Positions 18,660 to 30,230 of a DNA stretch of 64,000 nt are shown here, piece by piece. The DNA is from Acidobacteriota bacterium. Its GTDB lineage: Bacteria; Acidobacteriota; Vicinamibacteria; Fen-336. Under the pieces are notes generated by a model. That model was not told the DNA's origin, searched no databases, and was given only the letters and a program-made list of their open reading frames with translations. The stretch's first letter is position 1; each line of letters starts with the position of its first letter. The stretch is from positions 92,211 through 156,210 of the forward strand of contig QHVM01000085.1 of NCBI GenBank assembly GCA_003223555.1, given 5' to 3'. Position numbers and translations under genes: made by a program.

Positions 18660-20051
18660 ATGAGCGCGTCACGACTGCGGAACGCGGCCGTCTTCGTAGG
18701 CCTGGCCGGGCTCTACTTCGTGGCCGGCAAGCTCGGCCTGAGGCTGGCGTCCGTGAACGCGAGCGCCACCGCCGTGTGGGCCCCGACGGGCATCGCGCTG
18801 GCCGCCTTCCTGACGCTCGGTTACCGCGTCTGGCCGGCCATCCTCCTGGGCGCTTTCCTGGTGAACGTGACGACGGCCGGCTCGCTGGCCACCTCCGCCA
18901 GCATCGGCGTCGGCAACACCCTGGAAGGGGTCGTCGGGGCGTACCTGGTGAACCGGTTCGCCCGCGGCCGCGACGCCCTGCAGCGCGCGCCCGGCGTCTT
19001 CAGGTTCGCAGTCCTGACGGCGATCGTGAGCACGATGGTGAGCGCCACCTGGGGAGTGACGACCCTCTCGCTGGCCGGGCTCGCCGATTGGGCGAGCTAC
19101 GGGTCCATCTGGTTGACCTGGTGGCTCGGCGACGCCGGCGGGGACCTGGTCGTGGCGCCCTTCGCGATCCTCTGGAGCGCGAGCTCCCGCCTGCGATGGA
19201 GGGGGGCCCGGGCGTTCGAGGCCGCGTTCCTGCTGCTCTCGTTCTGCCTGGTGGGCGCGATCGTGTTCGGCGGGCTCGCGCCCTCGCCGGTCAAGAACGC
19301 CCCGCTGGAGTTCCTGTGCCTCCCGTTGCTCATCTGGGCGGCCTTCCGTTTCGGGCAACGCGAGGTGGCGACCGGGACCGCCATCCTGGCCGGGATCGCC
19401 ACCTGGGGGACGCTGCACGGCCTCGGGCCCTTCGCGCGGAGCGCGCAGAACGAGTCCCTGCTGCTGCTGCAAGCCTTCATGGCGGTGACCTCCGTGACGA
19501 CGCTGGCGCTGGCCGCCGTCGTATCGGAGCGCAAGGACGCCGAGAGGCGGCTGCGGCGCCTCGCGGTGAGCGACTCCCTGACCGGCCTCGGCAACTACCG
19601 CCGCATGATGGCCGCCCTCGCGGCAGAGATCGGGAGGTCGCAGCGCACCGGCCGGCCGTTCGCGGTCCTCTTCTTCGACCTGGACGACCTCAAGGGGATC
19701 AACGACCGTCATGGCCACCTCGCGGGCAACCAGGCGCTGCGCCGGGTGGCGGATGCGCTGCGCGTGTCCTGCCGGTCCATAGACACCGCGGCCCGTTTCG
19801 GGGGCGACGAGTTCGCGCTGGTGCTGCCCGAGACGCGCGAAGCCGCGGCCAGGCTGGTGGCGCGCCGCGTCTCGGACGAGCTGGCGCTGGACCTGGAGCC
19901 GCCGCGCCTGTCCTTGAGCGTGGGCGTCGCCGAGTACCCTCGGGATGGCGGGACGGCCGAAGAGCTGCTGGGAGCCGTCGATCACGCGCTATACCAGGCC
20001 AAGGCCGGCTTGCCGTCTCTCCGCTCCGCCCGGAGACGGTCACGACGCTGA
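18660..20051 (+). CDS. MASE1-domain diguanylate cyclase (GGDEF)
   Basis: N-terminal multi-helix MASE1-like membrane region. C-terminal GGDEF domain (RFGGDEF, LTGLGNYR). Confidence 0.85.
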   Translation: MSASRLRNAAVFVGLAGLYFVAGKLGLRLASVNASATAVWAPTGIALAAFLTLGYRVWPAILLGAFLVNVTTAGSLATSASIGVGNTLEGVVGAYLVNRFARGRDALQRAPGVFRFAVLTAIVSTMVSATWGVTTLSLAGLADWASYGSIWLTWWLGDAGGDLVVAPFAILWSASSRLRWRGARAFEAAFLLLSFCLVGAIVFGGLAPSPVKNAPLEFLCLPLLIWAAFRFGQREVATGTAILAGIATWGTLHGLGPFARSAQNESLLLLQAFMAVTSVTTLALAAVVSERKDAERRLRRLAVSDSLTGLGNYRRMMAALAAEIGRSQRTGRPFAVLFFDLDDLKGINDRHGHLAGNQALRRVADALRVSCRSIDTAARFGGDEFALVLPETREAAARLVARRVSDELALDLEPPRLSLSVGVAEYPRDGGTAEELLGAVDHALYQAKAGLPSLRSARRRSRR

Positions 20052-20098
20052 TCTGCGCCTAGCATCGGACCCCAACCGCGGTAAACTCGGAAACGACC

Positions 20099-20713
20099 AT
20101 GACCGGGCGCGCGCTCACCCGACGCACCGTGCTCCGGACCCTCGGCGCCGGGGCGGCGGCGACGGCCTTCATGCCGTGGCTTTCCGATGAGGGCCTGGCC
20201 GCCTTCGCCCACATCCAGGCCGCGAAGGCACCTCCCCGTCCGCGGGTCCTGTCCGTCCCGCAATACGCCACCGTGGAAGCGCTGGTCGAGGCGATCATCC
20301 CCGCCGACGAGCGCTCTCCGGGCGCCCGGGAGGCGAGGGTCGCCGATTACGTCGACCTCCTGCTGAGCGAGGCGGAGGATGCCGTGAAGCAGGAGTGGCT
20401 GGACGGCCTGACCGCGCTCGACGTGGACGCCACCCGGCGGTTCGGCGCCCCCTTCGTCCGCCTGGACCCCGGGCAGCTCGACGCCCTGCTCGCCGACCTC
20501 AGCCGCAGCGAGCGGACGGCGCAGAAGTCGCCCCTGGAGGCATTCTTCGCGATGACCAAGCAGGCGACGGTCCAGGGCTATTACACCTCCGAGATCGGCA
20601 TCCACAAGGAGCTGCGCTACAAGGGCAACCAGCTCCTGGCCGAGTTCACGGGCTGCCAGACCCAGGACGGCAAGGACTGCCCGTACTGCGGGCAGAAGGC
20701 AGAGGGTCGATGA
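20099..20713 (+). CDS. gluconate 2-dehydrogenase subunit-3-family protein (Tat-signal small subunit of a GMC dehydrogenase)
   Basis: Twin-arginine signal TRRTVLRTLGAGAAATAF and size and composition typical of this family. Stop overlaps the next gene's ATG. Confidence 0.7.
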   Translation: MTGRALTRRTVLRTLGAGAAATAFMPWLSDEGLAAFAHIQAAKAPPRPRVLSVPQYATVEALVEAIIPADERSPGAREARVADYVDLLLSEAEDAVKQEWLDGLTALDVDATRRFGAPFVRLDPGQLDALLADLSRSERTAQKSPLEAFFAMTKQATVQGYYTSEIGIHKELRYKGNQLLAEFTGCQTQDGKDCPYCGQKAEGR

Positions 20714-22527
20714 TGGCCGCCGATCCCACGCTGGACCTCGACCTGGCCGCCGTCACCGACGAGTCGCGGCGCCTGGCCTCATCGATCAAGCCGGGAAGCG
20801 GACCCTGGGACGTCATCATCGTCGGCAGCGGCGCCGCCGGAGGAATGGCCGCCTATCAGCTCGCGACCGCCGGCGTGAAGGTCCTGATGCTCGAAGCGGG
20901 GCGGATGCTGGACTATCCGAAGGAATACCGGACGATGGAGTGGCCCTACCAGTCGATGCGCCGCTCGCGCCTGCCGCCCGACCATCGCCCGATCGCGGTG
21001 GCCGAGTACAGCTTCCTGGACCGCCCCTACGGCAACAACCCGGTCTTCGACAAGTACCGGAAGATCACCTCGTACGCGGGCAACAGCTTCACCCGCAACT
21101 GGGTCGTCAACGAGAAGGAGCACCCGACGACGGGCACGCCCTACTCCTGGGTGCGGGCCCGCGTGCTGGGGGGCAAGACGAACTTCTGGGGCCGGGGCGC
21201 CCTCCGCTACGGCCCTCTCCAGTTCAAGGCGGCCAGCCGCGACGGCTACGACGTCGACTGGCCCATCGCGTACGAAGACGTAGCGCCGTACTACGACAAG
21301 GTGGACGTGCTGCTGGGGTGCTCGGGCACTAAGGAAGGCCTGGTGCAGGTGCCGGACGGCGTCTTCCAGCGGCCCACCAAGCTCAACTGCGTCGAGGTCG
21401 CCTTCCAGCGGGCGATTGCGAAGATGGGCCGCCACTACATCCCGGGCCGGGCCGGGGTGACGACCGAGGGCGTGCTCAACAAGTACCGCGCGCGATGTCT
21501 GGGCCGCGGGCGGTGCGGCCGCGGCTGCGACATCAGCGCCGCGTTCCATTCTCCGACCGCCCTCGTCTTCCCGGCCCGCGACACCGGGCACCTCAGCGTG
21601 CGTCCCTACTCGGTCGTTTCGGAGGTGATCCTCGATGGGACGACGGGGCGGGCGGCCGGGGTGCGGGTGATCGACGCCAACACGCGCGAGGTGATGGAGT
21701 TCAAGGCCCGGGTGGTCGTGCTCGGCGCGGGGACGCTGGACACGACGCGTATCCTGCTCAACTCGAAGTCCTCCCGCCATCCGGAGGGGCTGGGCAACTC
21801 GTCCGGGCGGCTCGGCTGCCACCTGAGCGAGCACGCGATGGGCCCCCGCGGCAGCGGCTTCATCCCCGTCCGCATCGGCACCGAGCCGACCCTCGACGAC
21901 GGCCGTCCCATCACGCCCTACGTCCCGCGGTTCCGCAACGTCACCGACCGCCATCCCGATTTCATCCGTGGATACCACTTCCAGGGCGGGGGCGGCTGCT
22001 ACGAATACCCGGGCCTGGCCCACGACCTTCCCGGCTACGGGAAGGCGTTCAAGTCGTCCGTCCGGAAGTACTACCCGGCGATGATCAGCCTCGGTGGCTT
22101 CGGCGAGGTGCTGCCGCGGCGCGAGAACCGGGTCATGCTCGATTCCGAGGTTAAGGACGCCTGGGGCATCCCGGTGCTACGCTTCGACTACCGATTCGGC
22201 GACAACGAGCTGAAGATGGCGAAGGACATGGCGGACACCGTGGAGGAAATGCTGGCCGCGGCCGGCGCCGAGTCGATCAAGGTGGAGCGGGAGCTGCTGC
22301 CGCCGGGCTGGTCGATCCACGAGATCGGGACCGCGCGCATGGGCGACGATCCGAAGCAATCGGTGACCGACAAGTTCTGCCGGCTGCACGACGTCGACAA
22401 CGTCTACCTGGCCGACGCGAGCCCCTTCGTTTCCGGCGGCACCCAGAACACGACCTGGTCGATCCTGGCCATGTGCTGGCGGACGATGGATCATCTCAAG
22501 GAACAGCTGCGCTCGGGCGAGCTTTGA
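20710..22527 (+). CDS. GMC-family FAD-dependent oxidoreductase (flavoprotein subunit)
   Basis: FAD-binding motif DVIIVGSGAAGGMAAYQLA. GMC C-terminal region with the conserved His/Asn area (IHEIGTARMG). Confidence 0.85.
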   Translation: MMAADPTLDLDLAAVTDESRRLASSIKPGSGPWDVIIVGSGAAGGMAAYQLATAGVKVLMLEAGRMLDYPKEYRTMEWPYQSMRRSRLPPDHRPIAVAEYSFLDRPYGNNPVFDKYRKITSYAGNSFTRNWVVNEKEHPTTGTPYSWVRARVLGGKTNFWGRGALRYGPLQFKAASRDGYDVDWPIAYEDVAPYYDKVDVLLGCSGTKEGLVQVPDGVFQRPTKLNCVEVAFQRAIAKMGRHYIPGRAGVTTEGVLNKYRARCLGRGRCGRGCDISAAFHSPTALVFPARDTGHLSVRPYSVVSEVILDGTTGRAAGVRVIDANTREVMEFKARVVVLGAGTLDTTRILLNSKSSRHPEGLGNSSGRLGCHLSEHAMGPRGSGFIPVRIGTEPTLDDGRPITPYVPRFRNVTDRHPDFIRGYHFQGGGGCYEYPGLAHDLPGYGKAFKSSVRKYYPAMISLGGFGEVLPRRENRVMLDSEVKDAWGIPVLRFDYRFGDNELKMAKDMADTVEEMLAAAGAESIKVERELLPPGWSIHEIGTARMGDDPKQSVTDKFCRLHDVDNVYLADASPFVSGGTQNTTWSILAMCWRTMDHLKEQLRSGEL

Positions 22528-22682
22528 CGCTCGTCGTCCTCGACTGAGGACGTCCGCCCCGCGGAGCTGGAATCATAAGCCCCGGGTTCTCAATCAATTG
22601 CACTCCCGCGGGCGTGGCACCCTTCCTGCTTCACGGCTCAGCGACAGCCGCCGCGGGTGGCGGAGAGACGAAGGAGGACGAG

Positions 22683-23402
22683 ATGGCGCGTCGAGCGATG
22701 GCCGTCCTGACCCTGGGGCTCGTGGCCGCCCTTCCCGCCTCGGCACGGGCCTCCAGCCTCGAGTTGCGGCTCGGCGGTTTCCTGCCGCGGGCCGACAGCA
22801 ACCTCTTCCGCGACGATGCCGACCTTTACGCGGTCACCGGCGAGTCCTGCAATTGCCTGCGAAAGCGCGACTGGGCGGGCTTCACCGGCGGGGCGGAGTT
22901 CACCTTCACGCCCGCGGATCACGTCGAGCTGGGCCTCCACCTCGACGGCTACGGCCGCCGCGTGGACACCAATTACCGTGACTTCACGCGCCCGAGCGGT
23001 GACGAGATCTTCCAGAGCCTGAAGCTCACGCTGGTCCCGTTCGGCGCAACCCTGCGCCTCCTTCCCGCCGACCGCTACGCGACCGTGTCGCCGTACGTCG
23101 GGATCGGCCCGGACATCGTGTTCTACCGTTATGAGGAGTTCGGCGACTTCATCGACTTCCAGAGCGCCAACCTCGACATCGCCTCGGACGACTTCGTGTC
23201 CGACGGCGTCGCGGCCGGCTTCCACGTGACGGGCGGGCTGCGGGTGCGGCTCGGCCACGACTTCAGCTTGCTCGGCGAGGCGCGCTACCTGTGGGCCAGG
23301 ACGAGGCTCGGCGACGATTTCCGGCCGCAGCCGGGGCAGGACGCGCTCCGTCTCGACGCGTCTGGCCTGACCGCGGTCGTGGGGCTGAGCATCCGGTTCT
23401 GA
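22683..23402 (+). CDS. outer-membrane beta-barrel protein (OmpW-like/porin-like)
   Basis: Signal peptide, alternating amphipathic beta-strand pattern, C-terminal Phe (LSIRF). Confidence 0.6.
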   Translation: MARRAMAVLTLGLVAALPASARASSLELRLGGFLPRADSNLFRDDADLYAVTGESCNCLRKRDWAGFTGGAEFTFTPADHVELGLHLDGYGRRVDTNYRDFTRPSGDEIFQSLKLTLVPFGATLRLLPADRYATVSPYVGIGPDIVFYRYEEFGDFIDFQSANLDIASDDFVSDGVAAGFHVTGGLRVRLGHDFSLLGEARYLWARTRLGDDFRPQPGQDALRLDASGLTAVVGLSIRF

Positions 23403-23503
23403 GCCGGGGGGCGGGCGGCGCACCGGCCAGACACCCGCTCCGCCCGCAGCTTTAGCCGCAAGCGGCGCGCGGGGAGTGCTAGGATGGAGCGGTTCCCGCC
23501 ACC

Positions 23504-25176
23504 TTGGCTTCGCGCAGGCCCGCGTCTTACTCCGTCGACCTCGGCCTGATCTTCCTCATCGGCGCGGTCGTCGTCGGCCTCCATCTCGGCCGCTCGTCGC
23601 TGCGGCCCTACGACGCGCCCGAGCTGGACCCGCGGCCGGCGCTCCTGCCCCTTTACCTCCTCTACTCGCTGGCCCGGCTGGCCGTGGCCTACCTCCTCGC
23701 GGTGGGGCTGGCGCTCGTCACCGGCCAGCTCGCCGCCCGCTCGCCTTTCGCCCGCCGGCTGATCCTGCCCACCCTGGACGTCCTGCAGTCGGTCCCGATC
23801 CTCGGCTTCTTCCCCCTGGCGGTGGGGTTCTTCATCGGCATCTTCCACGGCTCGGCCCTCGGCGTGGAGATGGCGGCGGTGTTCCTGATCTTCACCTCGA
23901 TGTTCTGGAACCTCGCCTTCGGCGTCTACGAGAGCCTCATCACGCTGCCGGAGGAGCTGGCGCTGGCCGCCGGCCAGTTCGGCCTGCGCGGCTCGCTGCG
24001 GTGGACGCGGCTCATCCTGCCCGCGGTGGTGCCCAGCCTGCTCTACAACTCGCTGGTGTCGTGGGCCAACGGCTGGTACTTCCTCATCGCGAGCGAGATT
24101 ATCGCCGTGGGCCCGGCCCGCTATACCCTGCCCGGCCTCGGAAGCTACCTGGCCCAGGCCGTGACCGTGGGCCGCAACCACGAGACCGTCCTCGCCCTCG
24201 GGGTCCTGATCGCGACCACGGTCGGCATGCACCTGCTGCTGTGGGGCCCGCTCCAGATCTGGGCCGAGCGCTTCCACTTCGAGGAGAGCGGCGACCGGCC
24301 GCGGACGCCGCGGATGGCCCGGGTGCTTGGCCGCAGCCGCCTGGTGCGCTGGCTGACCCGCACCGTCGTGGCGCCGGCCGGCCAGGAAGCCATCGCCGCG
24401 GCCGGCAAGCTGCTGGGGATGTGGGGAGCCTCCGGCTGGTGGGGCGGGGCCTTCGCCCTCCTGCTGCCCGCCTCCCTGCTCGTCGCCGTCTTCAAGCTGT
24501 ACGGCCTCTTCGTCTCCCGCCCGGCCTCGCCGGAGCTGGCCGGCATCCCGGTGGACCTGTTGCTGAGCCTGGTGCGGGTGGCTCTGGGGGTCGTGGTCTC
24601 CGCGGCGGTGTCGATCCCGCTCGCGTGGGCGCTGGCCCGGAGCACGCGCGTGCGGGGAGCGGCCATGGCCGTCATCCAGATCCTGGCCAGCATCCCGGCC
24701 ACCGCGTTCTTTCCCCTCATCGTCATCCTGCTGCGGTGGGGGATCGGGATGAACGCGGCCGCGGTGCTGCTCGCCCTCACCACGATGTTCTGGTACGTCC
24801 TCTTCAACGTCGCCGGCGCGGCCTACGCCATACCCAAGCAGATGGACGAGGCGGCGCTCGGCCTGGGGTTGCGTGGACGGCGCTACCTGCGGCGGGTGTT
24901 CGTGCCCGCCGTCCTGCCGAGCCTCATCACCGGCTGCGTGACCGCGTGGGGCGCGGGGTGGAACGCGATGATCCTCTGCGAGTACCTGGAGGCAGGCCGC
25001 CGGGTCTATCAGGTGCGGGGGATCGGGGCCACCCTGGACCGCGCGACCTACGTGACCGGCGACATGCAGGTCGTGGCGGCCAGCCTGGCGTCGATGGTGC
25101 TGCTGATCATCCTCGTCAACCGCTCCGTCTGGGATCCCGTCTATCGGCGCGTGGCCGAGCGCTATAAGATGGAGGC

Positions 25177-25180
<4 letters not shown>
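23504..25180 (+). CDS. ABC transporter permease, NitT/TauT (nitrate/sulfonate/bicarbonate) family, duplicated permease domains
   Basis: Two BPD-transporter-like halves, each with the conserved EAA-type loop region. Followed by the cognate ATPase gene. Confidence 0.8.
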
Positions 25181-25959
<779 letters not shown>

Positions 25960-25960
25960 G

Positions 25961-26458
25961 GTGACCCGCATGGCCGAGACCCTGCAGCCGCTGCCCCACG
26001 CGCCGATCGGCATGGTGCTGGGCCTGCTCGAGCACCTGAAGGACACCCCGGGCGGCAAGGAGGACCTCTACAAGCTCGGCGGACCGCTCGGCTACGAGCT
26101 GGACGACCTGCTGCCGGTGACCGAAGCCGCCAAGAGGCTGGGGCTCGTCCGCATAGCGGCGGGGGACATCGAGCTGACGGCGGAGGGGCGCGCGCTGGCC
26201 GCGGCCGAGGAGCCGGAGCGCAAGCAGCGCATGGGCCGGTGCCTCCGCAAGCTCTCGCTCATCGCCGAGATCCGCCGCGCCGTGGAACGCGCGGCGGGCG
26301 GGCGCGCGTCCCGCACGCTGTTCCTGGAGCGGCTGCAGGAGGGCTTCTCGGAGGCGGAGGCCGAGCGGCAGCTCTCGACGGCGCTCGACTGGGCCCGCTA
26401 CGGGGAGGTCTTCGACTTCGATCCCGACGCCGAAGAGTTCTTCCTTCCGCCCGCCTGA
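25961..26458 (+). CDS. stand-alone AAA-associated C-terminal domain protein (a domain usually fused to NitT/TauT ATPases)
   Basis: Similar in size and motifs to the C-terminal extension of nitrate/sulfonate ABC ATPases (LGLLEHL ... LGL ... AEGRAL). Immediately downstream of the ATPase gene. Confidence 0.5.
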   Translation: MTRMAETLQPLPHAPIGMVLGLLEHLKDTPGGKEDLYKLGGPLGYELDDLLPVTEAAKRLGLVRIAAGDIELTAEGRALAAAEEPERKQRMGRCLRKLSLIAEIRRAVERAAGGRASRTLFLERLQEGFSEAEAERQLSTALDWARYGEVFDFDPDAEEFFLPPA

Positions 26459-26472
26459 GGCCGGGGCCCTCC

Positions 26473-27108
26473 ATGCACAAGGTCGTCCTCTGGATCCAGT
26501 CCGTCGTCCTGCCCACGCTGGGGCCGGCCGGCCTCTTCCTGGTCGCCTTCTGCGACTCGTCCTTCCTGAGCCTGCCCGAGATCAACGACATCCTGGTCGT
26601 CACCTCGTCGTCCCTCCGGCCCCATGCCGCCTGGGTCCCCATCACGATGGCCACCCTCGGCTCGCTCGCCGGCTGCAGCCTGCTGTGGGAGATCGGCCGG
26701 CGGGGCGGGGAGCCGCTCCTGGAGCGCAGGTTCGGCAAGGCCCAGGTCGCCCGTACGCGGGCGGCCTTCGAGCGCTGGGACCTGCTCGCGCTGGTGATCC
26801 CCGCGCTGCTGCCGCCCCCGATGCCGTTCAAGATCTTCGTGCTGTCGGCGGGCGTCTTCGGGGTGCCGTGGCGGCGCTTCGCGGGAACGCTGATCGTGGC
26901 CCGCGGCATCCGCTACGTCTTCTGGGGCGCGCTGGGCATCCTGTACGGCGACGAGGCCCTGCAGCTCCTGCGCGCCGTCGACGCCTGGTTCTCCGAATGG
27001 GGCCTCGAGCTGCTGGGCGTGACGGCCGCCGCGGCCCTCGTCGCGCTGGCGATATGGGCCGTGAGACGGCGGTGGTCACGGCCGGCACCCCCGGCGGCCA
27101 AAGCCTAG
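26473..27108 (+). CDS. DedA/YqaA-family membrane protein
   Basis: Four to five transmembrane helices with the YqaA-like motif region (FCDSSFLSLPEINDILVV ... LIVARGIRY). Confidence 0.65.
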   Translation: MHKVVLWIQSVVLPTLGPAGLFLVAFCDSSFLSLPEINDILVVTSSSLRPHAAWVPITMATLGSLAGCSLLWEIGRRGGEPLLERRFGKAQVARTRAAFERWDLLALVIPALLPPPMPFKIFVLSAGVFGVPWRRFAGTLIVARGIRYVFWGALGILYGDEALQLLRAVDAWFSEWGLELLGVTAAAALVALAIWAVRRRWSRPAPPAAKA

Positions 27109-27143
27109 ACTCTGCTATCATCAAGCGGGAGGTCGCCGCCCTG

Positions 27144-28814
27144 ATGAAGAAGCTGACCCGCCTCGGAACCGTGAGCCTGGGGATCGTCGTCGCCTCGACC
27201 GTCGCCGGCGGGCTCTTCGGCGGGCGCGTCCTGGCCGGCACGAGCCGGCTGTCGGACCACCTGCGGATCTACACGGCGATCGTGAGCGCGGTCGAGGACA
27301 ACTACGTCGACGAGGTGAAGAGCGACCGCCTGGTCTCCTCCTCCATCCGGGAGATGCTGCGCACCCTCGACCCCCATTCGAACTTCCTGGAGGTCAAGGA
27401 CTACGCCACGATGCAGGAGCGGCAGCACGGCTCCTACTACGGCCTGGGAATCACGGTGCAGTCGGTCGACGGCAACATCACCGTCGTCTCGCCCTTCGAA
27501 GGGACGCCGGCCCACCGGCTCGGCATCCGGGCCGGGGACGTCATCTCCCGGATCGAGGACGAGGACGCGCGAGGCATGAGCATCGACGACGCGGTGAAGC
27601 GCCTGCGCGGTCCCAAGGGCAGGCCGGTGCGCATCACCATCGTCCGCCAGGGCTACGACCAGCCGCTGGAGTTCACGGTCATCCGGGACGAGATCCCCCT
27701 CCACGCGGTGCCGTTCTCGTTCATGGCGACCAGGAAGACGGGCTACATCCGCCTCGTGGACTTCAACGAGGTCACCGCTTGCCGCCCGGGCGAGGCCCGG
27801 GACTGCGAGCGGGAGCTGGAACGGGCCCTGCGCACGCTCACCCAGGGCGGGGCCACCTCCATCATCCTCGACATCCGCGACAACCCCGGCGGGCTGCTCG
27901 ACCAGGCCTTCGCGGTCTCGAACCTCTTCCTCAAGAAGGGCCAGATGGTGGTGTTCACGCGGGGCCGCAGCAAGCGCGACGAGTCCAGCTACGTGACCGA
28001 GGTGGAGGGCCGCTACGCGGAGGTGCCGCTGGTCCTCCTCGTCTCCAAGCACAGCGCCAGCGCCTCCGAGATCGTGGCCGGCGCGATCCAGGACCACGAC
28101 CGGGCGCTCATCGTGGGAGAGACGACCTTCGGCAAGGGCCTCGTCCAGACGATCATCCCGACCGCCCGTTACTACACGCCGTCGGGCCGCTCGATCCAGC
28201 GGGACTACGCGACGACCGCCCTCGAGGACTACTACGCGATGCCCAAGGAGCGGCGGACCTGCCACCAGTCGGGCGCCGACGCCAAGCTGACCGACGCCGG
28301 CCGCAAGGTCTATGGTGGCGACGGGATCACCCCCGATTATTGCGTGGAGCCGGCCACGCCGTCGAAGTTCGTGGCCTACCTGCAGGCCCGGCAGGCCTTC
28401 ATCGGCTTCTCGCGGAGCTACGCCGCCTCCGAGAGCGCCGGAGTGGCCGAGATCGCCGGCACCGGGTCGCGCTCCGGGGTCAGCTCGGGCAAGATCAAGC
28501 TCATCAGCCGCGACTTCCAGGTCGACGACAAGGTGCTGGCCGACTTCACGGCCTACCTCGACTCCCGCAAGCTGCGGCACTCGGCGGAGGACATCGCCGC
28601 CAACCGCGAGGCCATCTCCCGCCTGCTCCTCGAGGAGGTGCTGCGGCAGGTCTACGGCGAGGGCGAGGTCCGCCGGCGCACGATGGCCTGGGACCCGCAG
28701 GTGCAGAAGGCTCTTTCGCTGGTGCCGAAGGCGGAGGAGCTCCTCAAGGAGCCCCAGCGCTTCATCGCCGAGTACGAGGCGGAAGCGAAGGCGGCCGCTT
28801 CCCGGCCCCAGTAG
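27144..28814 (+). CDS. ctpA: carboxyl-terminal processing peptidase, S41 family (PDZ domain)
   Basis: Signal anchor, PDZ (GLGITVQ...GDVISRIED) and the S41 catalytic region (GGLLD...SASASEIVAGAIQDHDRALIVGETTFGKG). Confidence 0.85.
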   Translation: MKKLTRLGTVSLGIVVASTVAGGLFGGRVLAGTSRLSDHLRIYTAIVSAVEDNYVDEVKSDRLVSSSIREMLRTLDPHSNFLEVKDYATMQERQHGSYYGLGITVQSVDGNITVVSPFEGTPAHRLGIRAGDVISRIEDEDARGMSIDDAVKRLRGPKGRPVRITIVRQGYDQPLEFTVIRDEIPLHAVPFSFMATRKTGYIRLVDFNEVTACRPGEARDCERELERALRTLTQGGATSIILDIRDNPGGLLDQAFAVSNLFLKKGQMVVFTRGRSKRDESSYVTEVEGRYAEVPLVLLVSKHSASASEIVAGAIQDHDRALIVGETTFGKGLVQTIIPTARYYTPSGRSIQRDYATTALEDYYAMPKERRTCHQSGADAKLTDAGRKVYGGDGITPDYCVEPATPSKFVAYLQARQAFIGFSRSYAASESAGVAEIAGTGSRSGVSSGKIKLISRDFQVDDKVLADFTAYLDSRKLRHSAEDIAANREAISRLLLEEVLRQVYGEGEVRRRTMAWDPQVQKALSLVPKAEELLKEPQRFIAEYEAEAKAAASRPQ

Positions 28815-29196
28815 CCGGATCCCCCCACGCGGAGGGAGGGATGGCCTCGCTGATGCGCTGGGCCAGCTCCCGCAGCGTGTAGGGCTTGGCCAGGTGGCTA
28901 CGCACGCCCAGGGCGCCGAGCCGGTTGCGCGTCCGCCGGTCGGTCAGCGCGGTGAGGGCGATGACCGGGATCGCGTGCGTCTCGGGCCGGGAGCGCAGCC
29001 GGTCCAGCATCTCCGGCCCGTCCATGTACGGCATGATCACGTCGGTGAGGATCACGTCGGGGCGGCGGTCCAGGGCGAGGCGCAGGCCCTCGGCTCCGTC
29101 CCGGGCGGCCACGACGTCGTAGCCGAGCGACGAGACCTGATCGACGAGGAGGGCCAGCAGGTCCGGCTCGTCGTCCACGACGAGGATGAGGGCCAA
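28762..29196 (-). CDS. single-domain response regulator (CheY-like receiver)
   Basis: Receiver motifs (VDDEPD ... D52-equivalent in VILTDVIMP ... KP). Overlaps the 3' end of the peptidase gene. Confidence 0.8.
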   Translation of the reverse strand: MALILVVDDEPDLLALLVDQVSSLGYDVVAARDGAEGLRLALDRRPDVILTDVIMPYMDGPEMLDRLRSRPETHAIPVIALTALTDRRTRNRLGALGVRSHLAKPYTLRELAQRISEAIPPSAWGDPATGAGKRPPSLPPRTRR

Positions 29197-29325
29197 GGCG
29201 CCTCCGGGAGGGAGAGCATGGAAGGGGGAGTATAGGAGTTCCGCCCCTCCAGGGTAAAGAGGAAACTTCGGGCTCTTGAGGGCGGGGGGGACGCGTGCTA
29301 TCTTCGCGCCCTCAAGGGGGGCACG

Positions 29326-30063
29326 ATGTTCACCCGCATCGGCCGTTTCTTCAAGGCCGTCTTCAACGCCATCCTGGGCGAGGCGGAAGCCCGGGTGCCG
29401 GTCTCCATGCTGGAGCAGTCGGTGCGGGAGATGCTGGACAACCTCCGCGTCCTCCGCGAGGCGACCGCCACCACCATCGCCTTCGAGACCAAGGCCAAGC
29501 GCGAGCTGGACGCCCAGAACGCCCGGGTCAAGAACCTGGACGCCCAGGCCGAGGAGGCCCTCCGGCAGGGCAACGAGAAGCTCGCCCGCCGCGCGCTGCA
29601 GCTCCAGGTCGAGGCCAAGTCGACGCGGGAGCGCTCCGACCAGGTCTACAAGGCCGCCCGGCTGCGGGCCGACAACGCCCGGAGCAAGCTCAAGATCGAG
29701 GAGGAGCGGGTCGAGGGCAAGATCCGGCAGCTCGGCGAGCTGAAGGCGATCAACGCGATGAATCAGGCCCAGCGCCGTATGCAGGAGATCACCGACGAGT
29801 ACAACATCGACGGCGCGGTGTCGGTGTTCGACAAGACGGCCGGATCAATCCAGGAGCAGGCCGACAAGCTCTCGGCCATGGACACGATCGCCGTCTCGGA
29901 GGGCGAGGAGCTGGACCGGCAGCTCTCGGCGCTGGGCCGCAAGAGCGAGGTCGACTCCGCCCTCGACGCGCTGAAGGCGCGGCTCGGCGAGGCCCCGGCC
30001 GCGAGCTCGGCCGCCCCGGCCAAGGCCAAGGAAAAGGTCTCCTCGGCCTTCGACGAGAAATAG
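29326..30063 (+). CDS. pspA: PspA/IM30-family protein (phage-shock protein A-like)
   Basis: N-terminal [21 protein letters not shown] and the coiled-coil pattern typical of PspA/Vipp1. Confidence 0.85.
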   Translation: MFTRIGRFFKAVFNAILGEAEARVPVSMLEQSVREMLDNLRVLREATATTIAFETKAKRELDAQNARVKNLDAQAEEALRQGNEKLARRALQLQVEAKSTRERSDQVYKAARLRADNARSKLKIEEERVEGKIRQLGELKAINAMNQAQRRMQEITDEYNIDGAVSVFDKTAGSIQEQADKLSAMDTIAVSEGEELDRQLSALGRKSEVDSALDALKARLGEAPAASSAAPAKAKEKVSSAFDEK

Positions 30064-30230
30064 CAATCGCCGCGCGCGGCGCGCGATTCACTCGCGCGAA
30101 GCAAACGGGGTTCAAGGGGGCGCGCGACAACTCCGGGCGCTCTCTGCGTCCTCCGCGTTGAACGGCCGGGGTGGTATGATTGGCGGTTGCGTTTTCGCGG
30201 CTGACGGCTGCGTGGGCGCACCCTGATTCC